DNA from: Azolla caroliniana
Lineage: Eukaryota > Plantae > Polypodiophyta
Direction: 5' to 3'
DNA length: 64,000 nt
Assembly: GCA_043228905.1 (NCBI GenBank)
Contig: JBHGNT010000010.1
Span: 3,100,001-3,164,000, forward strand
Shown: piece by piece, positions 1 to 13,050 of the stretch
Numbering within the stretch: the stretch's first letter is position 1
Layout of the letters: every line of letters starts with the position of its first letter
Translations under genes and position numbers: made by a program
The notes under the pieces: generated by a model
The model's database searches: none
Told to the model about the DNA's origin: nothing
What the model saw: only the letters and a program-made list of their open reading frames with translations

Positions 1-1649
1 GACTTGAGATCAAATAAAAATTAGACCCATTGAGGGCCTACTTTTTCAACATGTCGTCAATGGATCAAAAGGAATTGGGGACACTTCTTGAAGGCAAAAC
101 AACACCAATGGTATCGTCAAGAATTGGGATGAAATCAAAGTAGCATGCCAACACGTCAATAAGAGAAGGCAATGGTATAGGGTCATTCAAACAATGGATT
201 CAACTTCTATAAGAATCTAACTTGGGGATCTCAAGATCGTAAAATATCGCTATGAGTTTGGCTTGTAGTTGTTGATCCGAATAAAAGAAGGAAAAGGAAA
301 GGTCTAAAAGATGAAAAATCAGTCAAAGTGCAAATTTGGACTCCAACGAATTAAGTAGGTGACTTGATCAAAGACAACATAATCATTACCGAAGCAACCT
401 GCCAAAATTCTTGTTATAGTCATAACCTTAGGAACCAATTCTAAAGCCTAATTTCAATGGTTTAAGGGTAAGATAAGTGGGAAACCAATTACCTTAGGAA
501 TTGGGACAAACCCATAATGACCTAGGAGTACAAGGGAGTTTGGGAACCTAAAGATTTGGGCTATATAAAGGGAGTTCTAGCAACCCCCTTTACTACAACA
601 TCTTGAGATGATGTTGAGATATTGGTGAGGCAAATCTTTCTTCTTTCATGTCCATTCATCTTAACTTCCATGGTTTAACAAAAGGTACTATTCGGTCATA
701 GTGGATGATGATGATAATATTGAATGTCCATATCTTGTCCTTCATGTACGAATAGTCAATGTGGCCAAGCACCTTTAAACCATTCATTTCTCAATCTAAA
801 TACTCATTGCTATCATTAATTCTCAACAAGCAAGACAAGAAATAAGATGGAGGATTCAGGAATATGGGAAGACCAAAGAAAATAGGGATAAAGTGGCCAC
901 AGAAAGGCCAAGACATAAAGAGAGAAAGGAAACAAGATGAATAAGACATCAACAAAGAGTCAAGAAGAAAACCAAAAATAGGGAAGATTTCATTTGAGGA
1001 AGCAAAATTGGCCAAGAATTAAGACTTTGATAAGTTGGGATGGTCTAGTCAATGACACAAGAAGCGTTGTTGAAACTTCATACCACAACTAAATTGTGCT
1101 CAAAGAAGAAAAGACGGCCATATGTTAGACAAAATAAAAGGAGAAAAGGGGGAGGGGGTGGTTAATAAAGTGATGTAGATTGTCACGCTTAAATCAAAAG
1201 AAGATGAGAGAACTCAAAGTACGAGCTTCTTTGAAAAAAATGTGAAAGTGTAAGTCTTAAAAGGAGGTGTGTGTAGAGGAGGGTGAGTTGGAAAAAGAGG
1301 AAAGATTGGTTATCTCCATACAAAGGGGAATCTAGCAAAGATGTTATACATGCCAAAGAGAAACTCAATTGACAATTCAAAAGGGATTGCCAAGGAATTA
1401 TGTACAACATGATATAAGATGTCACAATAGTTAATCAAATTTGCAACACCACGACATAATTATGTATGTCAATTGTTCATTTGGATGGAGACAAAGGAGA
1501 AGGATCGTGTAGTACTCAAACTAGCATTAACGTAAGCATCAGTAGTGCAATTGAACATCAAGTTAGAAATTCATGCAATACTACATTTAGAAGCAACATT
1601 TACCCAATGATAATCAAACATGTGATAGTGTGTAAACATACGAAATTAT

Positions 1650-4600
1650 AATTTGAGTTAGAAATGCACCTCAATCATATCTTAATGTAATCAACATGTG
1701 TGAGAGGAGGATGTGTGCATGCCCATACCTATCAATGAATGTGGAGAAACCTAGAAGTAACCGTCAAGCGGAGTGGACATAGCTTCATTGTTATGTTACA
1801 TTTCTGCCATATCAAGGGATTAAATGTGATCATAACTTCTAGTGTTGTTCTACCAATAAAATATCAACTAGTTAGCTAGTTGGCAGATGTACATCATGCA
1901 AAAATGACAACTAATGAATAAAGCAATGCAAGACAATTGAAAATATATAATGGGAAGGGACACATCCTTCTATGGGACATTCCATCAACAAAATTATAAA
2001 GAAACTAGCCACTATCAAAGGGTAGACAAGTTGGTTTGTAGCTTGTAGGGGGGGCATAATGGAGTGAATAACACATTTCTCTTGTGGATATTTAGTTCTT
2101 CTTGTTCAAGGGCTAGATGTTTGCAACAACTATTTGAATTTACCATTTTCACGATATGTAGATCGATTCATAGCACTTCATAACAAAGGTCACTAGCACA
2201 AACATTTACACCCAATGAAATTATACGTTGGATATGTCATGTAGATTTTTCTTGTCATCTACATATATGCTTCTATTAGTAAAAGATATTTAGCAAGTAT
2301 TCTTACAAGTTTGATTACACTAGTTACAAGTTCATGTAATCTTCTATGTCAGACTCTTGTTTCTCATAGGAAATTGATCATTCAAAAGATTTTTTTGATA
2401 TTATTGTTGATCAACTTAGACAACCACACAAATTCAAATTAGAAACAATATCACTATATATAGTTTACATGTGTGTAAATACTCTTACATGCATGAATGC
2501 ATGCATACATACTTATTTGCTTACATGTATGTGTGTGTGTGCGCGCGCTTCTAAGGATGTGGTGTCTTTTAGCATGGGAAATTTGGAGCTTGAAAAGGAG
2601 GGGCCAAGACGTTGTCCACCCCTAGTTAGCGTTTTTAGAATAAACAATTTTTAAAGTTTTTACCTTTGTAAAAATATGCATGTAGTACCAATTTTATGCA
2701 AAATGTTGCTTTTGTTGAACCCACATAATTTGATTGCTTTAGACAAGAAAATGGTGTGGTCTTCCACGTCCTTGAAAATAATATATTATAATGCCTTCCC
2801 CACTTAAAGATGAACAGAGTTTTCTTAATCTTATTGTTGAAGCTTAAACCTAATCAAGGATACATAATTGTCAAGGATGTCTCAATCTTAAGTAATTAAG
2901 GATACATAGTCAAGGGTGTCCCAATCTCGAATAGTCAACTATAGATAGTTTCTCATACAAAGGCAAGGGTGCACTCTCCACCTTGTCTTTCTGGAAACTC
3001 TCTTGAGACTATATATGAGTGGTGCACCATCTCAAGAATATGCCATTGATCACATAGAAGACCTTCATTCAACTTTTCCTGCAATTTCATTGATCTTGCT
3101 CACAAGGAGCATATCATCAAAACTGAGAATACAGATAACTTAGGCGCATCATAGTTTGACCAAGTAGTGTAGTCCGATTGGCTCGTGAATTGTCCTCATT
3201 GTCAATAGATTTATGCATAGCTTCGGTGGTTTCGTGATTAATTTCTAGAATGTAGAAATTTCCCTAGTGTGCATTTAGGTGTGGCAATTCTTTATGAATA
3301 AAAGGATGACTACCAAGCTACCTTCATCTATCTTCTTCATACAAAGTCAGTGATTATCTTCACTTCATCTGTACTCATGGGAGTCGGGACTACATGAATG
3401 CATCGAACTTACAATATTATACGCCCATCAAGTTTGCTTGAAACCTTTGGTAAAATCACGTGTGCCTTGTGGTTATGCAACACATAATTGGGATTTATAT
3501 TTTATATGAACTTGAATTGCATGGAACCAAATCCCCCACGTCTCATTTCATGTTTTAATGCATTCATTTATAGATACTTTAGCCTTCTACAACTTGCACC
3601 TATCATGACACATGATAACATCTTCATTGCATGAAGCTCCATAGGTCAACATCGTAAAATCCAAGTTGGGCACAAATACTTTAAGAGGATGAAACACAAA
3701 ATTTCCATACTCGAAGACAAGTCCATCACCATCCATTTGTTTTACTTAGATCGTTATCTTCACAAGAGAAGGTAATTGTCTCATATCTTTTAACAACAAA
3801 ATTGATCTAACTAGTATATGTACATATTATTTTTATGCCATGATGGTCGTTGTAAAAATGTACACTACCATGTTTATCATTGTCTTGGAGAACCAATCAC
3901 AGTGGGTGTAACAAGAGAGGACATGACGAAATTAGTAATCTAATTTGGAACTTGAGTGCTCTAATTAAATACATGGGCATATGCCATGTAAAGAGTATAT
4001 CAATATCATCGTGTTCACGTGATTGAATAAATTTCACATAATCATATTTTGATTTCTCTTTGCTATCCATAGTGGAATTTGATGCATCTTCGTAACTCTT
4101 CGCATTGTTTTTATTCTTTTATGTCAACTTGAGACATTCATTATTTACATGGTCTTGCTTGTCACAAATAACTCATCACTTGCTAGAGTTAATTCCATCA
4201 TGGAACTCGCCTTGGAATAATAACAAACTAGCAATACATACATTTCCACTAGAAGATGCTATGGAGAGCTTGTTAACTTTGTGTTGGAGCTATTGACTAT
4301 GTTGTTAGGTGCCAAATTATAAATGGCCATGTGAAAACTGCATCATGATTTTTGCAATGAACATAAAAGAAGCATGCCTTTAATGGCATCTTCTACATGT
4401 TTTGCATTTGAACAAGTTTGTTGTGTAAACATGAAATTGAAATCATTGATGTGTGCCATTATATATGTTCTAACTTGGTTGTTCAAATCAAGTTGTATTG
4501 CTTTGTTAGTAGCTCTTTCATATTAGTCCTTGTGAGTGCCATACAAAAGCATGTAGGATCCAATAAGTGCAAATTGGTCATGGACATAAACATATATACC

Positions 4601-4700
4601 CCAACTCGTGACACCTATACACTTGGGTCTCACCACCATCAATTATTTAAGTTTATCATACCAAATCCATAACTACTTAGTTCAATAATAGAAAGGAGAA
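1650..4700 (-). mobile_element. Highly degraded Ty1/Copia pol remnant
   Basis: Minus-strand remnants include an IYVDD RT motif (~2254-2268), a KAHV..PK..SKLD-like integrase C-terminal segment (~3430-3470) and a DG..EY-like integrase segment (~3700-3745). There are many stops and no LTRs were resolved; boundaries are approximate. Confidence 0.5.
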
Positions 4701-6259
4701 AGTAGGTCTTCTATGACTCTAAATATGTGGTATTTTGTGTTAAGGATGTCACCTTTCTCACAAATAGGTAATATACAAGAATGTTTTTAAGAGAATCAAT
4801 TCTCTTCAATTTGGCTAGTTTCTTCCCTAGGCAAATTTGACCGGCTAATGACATCATACTTGTAATAATAATGTCAAAAGGTAACCCTCGAAGGTAACAT
4901 TTGTTTATTGCTTAGGATGATTTCGGATGGGAGTATTAAATGGCTAGTGAATTAAGAACAATTATTTGGAAATTACTTACTTCAAAGCGAAAATGTAGGT
5001 GATGGACGAATTAATAGATGGTTTAGAACTTTCTCCAACAAGAAAGTTTTTAACTATTTATCTATGCATTGACAAAGACACTAAATTTCTTCAAGCTAAA
5101 TTTTTTACCTATTTATCTAAGGATTGACAAAGACAGACACTCTCTCTTGGGTCTTTTGATGCGTGTAATCATCAAGGTAGGAGCCACTTTTTGTCCCATT
5201 TTTTGTTTAAAACAAACTTAGAAATGCCCTTTACCTTAACTTTAGGGCTAAGAGGTTATGAAATATTGAAAGAACATTCAAATATTTTATACAAATTGTA
5301 AGACTTTTTGTTTTGTTTTGTTTTGGTTTTGAAAGAGTCGGATGAGTGGAGTAGTGAGGTACGAACAAAGCTCGAATGGGGTCACATACAGAAAACCAAT
5401 AGATAAGAAAATAACTCTCTCTCCCACACACACTCGATATCTCTCACATTTTTCTCTCTGTCTTGAAGAACCCACCTCTCCTCATATGTTTGCCACAAAG
5501 TTTAGCTTTTGTAGGCATGGTGGAGCACCCTTAGCTAGGTGCAATGGATGTCATACAACCATTGATCAGATTGTAATTTTCTTTCGTTTCCCTAATCTTC
5601 GATTGGCGTGATGGAGCAAGCATACGTAGCTAAGTGCAATTAGGGATATAATGCATTGTAGGCCCCATAGCTCTTTCCTAATGTTCCTTACAATGAGCAA
5701 ATATCACACATGTAGGAGCCTTTAAGGTGGGTCAAACATATAGGGACGAGCATGCCCGATCTTGTAGATGCAAAAAAGAAAAGTTGAAACAAAATACGCA
5801 CAAATACGTGCAATCAGATTTGGTTCCTGGCTGAGCCTCGAGACTATATCCCGCTCGGTTTTTTGTCGTACAGTTGTTTCACATGGTTTTACATGCATGT
5901 GAAGGTTGAAACTCAATGGCAACTACCCCTAACATAACACCCCATTTGTTGAACGGGCTCCTTCAGACAAACGGGGTACGAGGGAGGTTCTTTTCAGGAT
6001 ACGAGGAGTCAAGGGGCCCATAAAAACAAGGATCCGGATGGATGGCAGCTGCAAGGGGTTATCCTGCATGCACGCGAGATTCTGTGTTGTAGCTTTGTTT
6101 CAGGCAAATGTCAAACAATCTCAAAGTGAGATAGATAAATAGGTAGATAGATTGAGTGAGTGAGATGTTATTCTGGATGTGAGGGTTGGGCGAGAGGGGT
6201 TGAGATGGAATGGGTGGGCGGGTTGTCCGGCATGGATTGTCCATCAATGGGTACTACTG

Positions 6260-6389
6260 CATACATACATACATACATACATACATCATACATACATACA
6301 TACATACATACATACATACATACATACATACATACATACATCACACATACATACATACATACATACATACATACATACATACATACATA
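6260..6389. repeat. (CATA)n microsatellite
   Basis: About 30 near-perfect CATA units seen directly; source of the spurious HTYI/VCMY ORFs. Confidence 0.95.
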
Positions 6390-6430
6390 GTAGTAGTAGA
6401 CCTTCACTTTCCTCTTCTTTCATCCTTCAC

Positions 6431-6431
<1 letters not shown>

Positions 6432-6472
<41 letters not shown>

Positions 6473-6629
6473 TCTTCTTCTTCTTCTTCTTGTGTTTTGT
6501 GGATCACTCACTCACTCCAAGGAGCTAGCTCATCTTCATTCCTAAGGACCAAAAGTGTTCTCTCTCTCTCTCTCTACAAAAGTGTTCTCTCTCTCTCTCT
6601 CTATTCATCTCTTCATTCTTTCCTTTTCT

Positions 6630-6660
<31 letters not shown>

Positions 6661-6684
6661 TCATCTCTTCATCTTTCCTTTTCT

Positions 6685-6715
<31 letters not shown>

Positions 6716-6872
6716 TCTTCCACATTCCCTGCATCTCTTCCTTCCATATCCAACCCAATCTCACCTCCTTGTCGAAAGTTCGGTCTCTCAGTTTCTTCTT
6801 CTTCTTCTTCTTCTTCTTCTTCTTCTTCTTCATCTCCCTGTAATCTTTCTTTCTTTCTTTCTTTCTTTCTTC
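6432..6872 (+). repeat. Pyrimidine-rich (CT)n/(TCT)n/(TTTC)n microsatellite cluster, probable promoter/5' leader of the HD-Zip gene
   Basis: Multiple CT and TCT tracts and short direct repeats (caaaagtgttctct x2; ctattcatctcttcat x2) upstream of the HD-Zip CDS. Confidence 0.8.
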
Positions 6873-6890
6873 CGCTCTGAAAATCGATCC

Positions 6891-6947
6891 ATGGCTTACT
6901 CGTTCGCCTCTCCATCTCTCCATCTCCATCTCCGTCTTCGTCTCTGA
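6891..6947 (+). promoter_or_regulatory. Candidate uORF1 (MAYSFASPSLHLHLRLRL*) in HD-Zip leader
   Basis: ATG at 6891 in ccATGg context, TGA ending 6947; low-complexity, and transcription through it is not demonstrated. Confidence 0.35.
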
Positions 6948-7024
6948 TAAGCTTCAATCGACTCTCCTCACTCTTCCTTCCCCCCCCCCCCCCCCCCCCT
7001 TTCTTTTCTTCTTCTTCTTCTTCG

Positions 7025-7114
7025 ATGGCTCTCTGTCTAGAAATCCCGATTGGGTTCAAGATGGCCAAGCAAGTGATGCATCTGCAAGCTTTTCCACACC
7101 ATGGACGCCTCTGA
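7025..7114 (+). promoter_or_regulatory. Candidate peptide uORF2, 29 aa (MALCLEIPIGFKMAKQVMHLQAFPHHGRL*)
   Basis: A non-repetitive 90-nt ORF embedded in an otherwise microsatellite leader, followed by a plausible 5'UTR intron (GT 7129 ... AG 7335), upstream of an HD-Zip I CDS. Confidence 0.5.
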
Positions 7115-7418
7115 CACTCTGTTTTCATGTGAATTCTGCCTGCCCCCCCCCTCTCTCTCTCTCTCTGTCTCCCTCTATTTCTCTGCTTCTCTGCATCTGT
7201 GTTTCTCTGTCTTTAACACACACACTCTGCCCTACCTGAACCTAAATCCCAAAATCCTAAACCCTAAACCCTATATATATATATACTTCTGTGTGCTGGG
7301 TTTTTCTTTGATTTGTATTATTACTAAAACTGTAGGTTGAATTTGCAAGAGAGTGAGGAAAGGGGCAAATTTTGTGCAATTGTTTTTGTTTTTTACTATC
7401 AATATTTAAAACAAAACC

Positions 7419-10400
7419 ATGTCATGGAATGATGCTATCGGATCTATGAAGATTCTTAGAGACAATCCCAGTCCTGATCTCGATCACAAGAATGATGGCC
7501 TCATGCTTCCTCATCAGATCTCTCCAAGGCTTCCATCTTCGATCTCGCAAGGTAGTCCTCATTTTTTTACCATAATTTCAATAAATCCCTTGACTATTAC
7601 ACACTTTAATTCTTCCATTCGTGTCATTAATGATCAATTTCTTCTTAAATATCATTAATTAAGACAATTTTCTTCTTTCACATCGTTAAGACCAATTAAT
7701 CTCTTCATTTGTGTCATTAGGAGACTAATTTGTTTCTGTATTCAGAGACCACTTCACTATGTTTTGGCTATGGAGTAATTTCTTCTTTTGTGTGATGAGA
7801 TACTAACTTCATCATGTCTAATTAAGCCTTCCTGTATTTGTCATTAAGACTTTCTTGAGGTGTCGATAAGATGAGTTTCTTCATGTCATTAATGTCTGTA
7901 GACTTTCTTCATGTTATGAATGTCTTTTCCAACTGTCTTCATATATCCCTAAGCCTAGTTTCTTCATGTCATTAATGTCTTTCAACTTTATTCATGTTTC
8001 TCTCTAACACTAGTTTCTTCATGTCACTAATGTCTTTCAACTGATTTCATGTGTTGTTTCCGCAAATTTATTTCTTCATGTGCCGGGAGCGCTAATTTAT
8101 CTCTTCATGATTAGGGCTAATTTCTTCATATAGCACCAAGATTAATTTCTATATGTGCCATTTAGACTAATTTCTTCATGTATCCGTTAAACTTATTTCT
8201 TCATGTGTCATTAAGAATTCCTTCATATGTTGTTAAGAATTCCTTCACATGTCGTTAAGAATTCTTTCATGTGTCAGTCAATTAAGAATTCCTTCATGTC
8301 ATTAGGAAATCTTAGAAATTTTTGTGCCATGACACTGTACACATATACTCATATACACAAAATCAGGCCTCTCGAAGCTCATAATGTTGAACATGAGGAT
8401 GAAAAGTAGGCTCTTTCCCACTTCCCCTGTTTCCCCTAAGAGAAAATGGTCTTACAATGTTGAACACTGTACATATATATTTGAATTAAATATCCAAATA
8501 GTATGTATGTGTGCAACCTTTATTCTAGACATATGGAGTTATTATAATATATGCCACTACATATAGTTCTCTGTGTATCAAATTGTTGTTGAACACTGGA
8601 CCAACAAGACAGAAAATGAGCTCTTTTCCAGTCCCCATATGTGAAAAAATGTAGAGAAATTGTTGTTTGCAATAACTTGGTCATTTTCTTGACATTATGC
8701 TTTAGTTTTGATATTAGCAGAACAAAAGACATGCATCGATGTCACCACCTTAGGTTTATATCCCCACCATAGTTATCCAGTATTTCTCTAGCCTTACCGA
8801 ATTCCTCCGGTTACATATATATGCTCATATCGCTTAGGATGATCTAGATCATATACTTAGATTTGATATGATTTGATCATATTGAGTCCTTTTAAAGAAA
8901 CCTCGATCATCATGTACTTGAGTCCTGTGTTAGTTAGCTATATAGACTTCTACAGATGATCAAAAGTCCATAATCATCTGTCAGTTCTTTTGAAGGCGCT
9001 TGGTGAGTAATACAGATTTCGTTTTATAATGGAACTCCATAATTATATACTACATGACCAGATCCATACTTTAGGTCCTTCGTTAATGTGAACTCCATGT
9101 TGATATATAAATTTTGATGAGCAATATAGATCTTTTTGTATAATGAACTCCAAGATCATATGCATACATTAGGTCCTAAATATAGTTAAATTGAAATCCA
9201 TATGTTGATATACAGTTCATTTGGGTCCTTGGTGGCACACACACATATATAGGGTACAATTGAATTCCTTTGAAAACAACATCCTCTTTGTTCTCCAGAT
9301 CTCAGTAGAGGAACCAAGAAGCGTGCACATCAATGCATTAGTAGGGAAGAAGTAGACGAGGACGATGGAACCGATGACCTTTCAGCCGATAAGAAGCGGC
9401 GGCTCACAGTCGAGCAAGTCAAGTTCTTAGAGATGAGTTTCAATATGGACCTCAAGCTCGAGCCCGAAAGGAAGGCCCTCATTGCAAAGCAATTGGGAAT
9501 TCGGCCTCGTCAAGTTGCAATCTGGTTCCAGAACCGTCGAGCTCGATGGAAGAACAAGCAACTCGAGCATGAGTATGACACCTTGAAGGCCAAATATGAA
9601 ACCGAGATGAAGGAGAAGGAGAACCGCATGAAAGAATATGAAGTGGCCATGGAAGAGAACAAGAAGCTGCAAGCCGAGGTATATATAAATTTATAGCAAA
9701 ATATCCCTAGCATCTGGGGTCCCTTTCAATTTTTTGAATATTTACCAAAATGTGCTGAACTTTTGTTGGGTTGTTACCAACATTTCCTTAGCTAAATGTC
9801 CCCCTATGTTATTGGGTAATTGCCAAAATGCCCCTAGCTTGTTGCATATTTACCAAAATGTCTGTAACTTGTTGGGTGCTTCCAAAATTCCCTAACTCTT
9901 CAAAGGTTGCCCAAATGACCCATTTGTTAGTACAAAACTTACTGCCTAGGTGTGTTCTGCCCAATCTTGAAAAACTTATGGTTATATATCCGAAAAGTAT
10001 GTGCAAAATTTTCTTTTCTCTTTTTCTTACTGTTTTTATGCTTATGCAAAAGGTTGCTCACCTCAAGGATCTACTCCAAGGAGCGAAGACATCTGGTTCG
10101 ATGCCGAACATTCAAATCATTGTGGACTCGAATGATGGGTTAGTTAAGGAAGAGGAACTGAGTGGGAAATCGGAAGTTGCCTCGCCAACAAAGTCATTCG
10201 ATGGGCAAAGTGAGATGCAAGACTCGGGGCAAAGCTATGCCACGCCTTTGGAGCCATCACTACCCAACTCGTCGTCCTTTGTGGAGCTCCATGCAAATAA
10301 TATGAAGCTCGAGACAACCGACTACCAACTGTTATCTTCCACAGAGGATGCGTTCGGAAGCCTAGTTCAACATCTTGTTGCAAATGGGCTTGACCCCGAA

Positions 10401-10469
10401 GAGGCATATCGTCTCTTCTTCAACTATGATGATGACCAATTCCATGGCTTACCATGGAGCGGGTGCTAG
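7419..10469 (+). CDS. Homeodomain-leucine zipper class I transcription factor, 309 aa; exons 7419-7551, 9299-9678, 10053-10469
   Basis: Homeodomain [14 protein letters not shown]...LEPERK...[25 protein letters not shown] is followed directly by a zipper and a C-terminal aromatic AHA-like tail ([14 protein letters not shown]). GT-AG introns have consistent phases (1,0). Confidence 0.93.
7590..8310. repeat. Degenerate ~24-bp minisatellite in HD-Zip intron 1
   Basis: Recurrent taatttcttcatgtgtcattaa-like unit. Confidence 0.7.
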
Positions 10470-11299
10470 AAACTAGTGCATAAGAAAAAAAAAAAAAACA
10501 TTTGAAAGTACTTTATTATTATCTAATCCGAATTCTTGGATACTTGTAGGATTATGCATCTGTCTAGAGGTACCTTTAGGAACGATAGATCTATGTGGAA
10601 GCTAGTTGAAAGGTATTTCTTGCAAAAAAAAATCAATGCTATGTTCTCAAATCTTTTCATTTTGTGAAAGGATTGGGTGCATGCTTGAGAATAAGCCACT
10701 AAGAGCTCTATTATATATTATGGAAAAACTGAAAGTTCTTATTATATGGACATTTTGCAATGGCATTGGTGTGTGTGGAGAGTTCTTTTTAAAAGGCTGT
10801 AAAGTATCTGGTAATTTGGCCACCTGTTGATTTTATTATATTGATCTTTGTGTTGGTATGTCCATCTAATGCATGCAAAGTCTGCAGAGGGGCTATGATC
10901 AAGCCACTCTAGACCGTCAACTCGTCTCGCTAAATCCGAGGCCTCTTTTTATGTATTGATACGATACAATATTCCTTTTTTTAGCATTTGTCCCTAATTC
11001 CACTGGGTGGTTCACTCACACTGAGTGGGTGCCATCTTGATTTTTAGAGTGGCAGACAACTTCTACTTTTCCCCACTTTTTATTTCTTCTACTTTAAACG
11101 TTGTGTCGACCTTTTTTTCGCTACCTTTTTACATTTACTTGGTATCGCTCTTTTCTTCCATGGAAATCTCATAATATAACTTTGTGCTTCGTACAATTAT
11201 CGATGTTGATGCATGTCATACCACTCGTAAAGTAGGTAGCTTCCATAACATTTTTAGGAATAAGGTTTAACTAGTCTCTCTCGTTCACAGTATGAATTG

Positions 11300-13050
11300 G
11301 TTTAAAAAGTAGGGAGTTGAAGACCCATTAGAGTTGTTAGGTGATGCAATGGAAATATGTGATCATTGAGGATGGATTACTAGATGTACTAAGAATGAAG
11401 TAGGAAGATGACAAAGTGTCAAACTTGCGTTACTACATTATGAAAATTAACCCTCAATGTTGGTCCTAACACAAGGTAAAAATGCTAGAATGTATCTAGA
11501 ATGCTCATAGAAGTTGCGTATTGAGGTAGCATCATCAACCAAATATAAAGATATCCAATGAAAACCTAGTGGAGGATGAATGTCACTTACTTCTTGCATG
11601 TCATACGTGGTAGTTCGCAAGAAATATGATGACTCTTTCGTTAGGCATGATAATTTTAAGTGTCGTACTCAAATCTCCACTAAGATGGGTGAACACTTTT
11701 GTGTGTGCATTATTTTCACATAGATAGTTTTTACTACAAAGTAGTAACTTCCCTTAGGATTGAGACACGTACAAGATGATATTTTTACTTGGTCCCATAG
11801 GTCAAAATTGACCTCACTAACGATAAAAGAAATATATTCTATTCACTAAGATCATGGGCATGGTAAAGGTTGTTAGGTAAATGTTCAAGGTTCAAAAAAA
11901 CCCACATTCATTGACTTCTTAGAATTGAATGGGAAGCAAGTAAAAATATTCAAAAGATACATAAACGTGAAAGTTGAAGTTTTGATTGGTTGCAAGATAC
12001 TTTGGAAGATGGGATGCTTTACATTTGCTTTACCATGTGTAATAGATTCTTCTATAAATGTGGAATTTGGCAATAATTATGTATCATGACTTGGGAAAAA
12101 ATGTGAAGGCTCAAGATACCAAGATATAAAACTATCTTCTTCTTCATAGGGGGGGGAAACCAAATTCATTAATACATGCTAGAGCCCATCAATCTATGTA
12201 ATTGCAATCTACACCATTCCTTTTGTACAACTTAGTTCAACAGTTTCTTGGATGCAATGTGGGGCGTTGGCAAAAATTATGTGGCAAGTGCTCCACATGA
12301 TTTAGTTGAGCTCACTAACAGACTCCAACATTGCAACGAGACGTTTTGCACAACAAAAAGTGGTAATAAGAAGTACGAGAAGAAGAAGACGAAAAAGAAG
12401 AAGAAGAAGGAGATCAAATTATCATGAAACAAGATATAGGAACAAAACAAGAAGTTGTAGTCAATGACTTGGTGTTGATTTTTTATACAATCATTAAGCC
12501 ATGAAACCCACAAAAAAGCACCCATTTTATACAATCATTAAACCATGATGAAACCACAAAAAAACACCTTGTCTCCACCTCACATTACAGGTCGATGTCT
12601 TAACTCTTTACATTAGTTAGATATCACATTCAAGGGTCGTGACATCGTCTGCTAGGTCGGAAGTTCATATTTCATGTTGGTGCTTCACCTTCCTTTAACT
12701 CATGGCCAAAGCAACATTTATTGGAAAACTAGACCATAGGATTCTCATGCTTTAAGAGGCACTTTGTTGGGAAACTTTTTGTAGTTTAATATAGTTGATC
12801 CTTCATTGTCATCTTTTCATGTGAAACATCCCTTTTTGCTCATTGGAAAACATTGTAGATTTTATCATGTTTTGACCAGGAATAAATATCAGCCCTTCTC
12901 TTTGTCCATGAATGACTAGTTAAACCTTTTCGTTTGAGGTCCTCAATGAAAGAAAGTTCACTATTGCATTGGACTTACATGCCTTGTTCCATTATTTTCC
13001 CGATAGGCATAAAGTTCTTTGTGATAATGGGGACATGAAATACAAGGTTC
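11300..13050 (-). mobile_element. Possible very old Ty3/Gypsy pol remnant
   Basis: Only faint minus-strand RNase H-like fragments (FHVYV-like ~11955-11980; EFEYD-like ~11660-11685); no intact ORF. Confidence 0.3.

Noticed and set aside
1-1450. Possible old LTR/gag remnant (also 13700-14200, 48900-49700, 55845-58200)
   Set aside because: TE-like in character, but I could find no diagnostic motif, repeat partner or boundary.
6160-7128. Long ORFs (233 aa, 155 aa and others) rich in HTYI, SLSL and EEEE
   Set aside because: Translations of CATA, CT and TCT microsatellites.
9828-10052. N-terminal 75 aa of the 213-aa ORF as coding
   Set aside because: Lies in HD-Zip intron 2; the acceptor at 10052 joins QAE to VAHLKD and restores the zipper.
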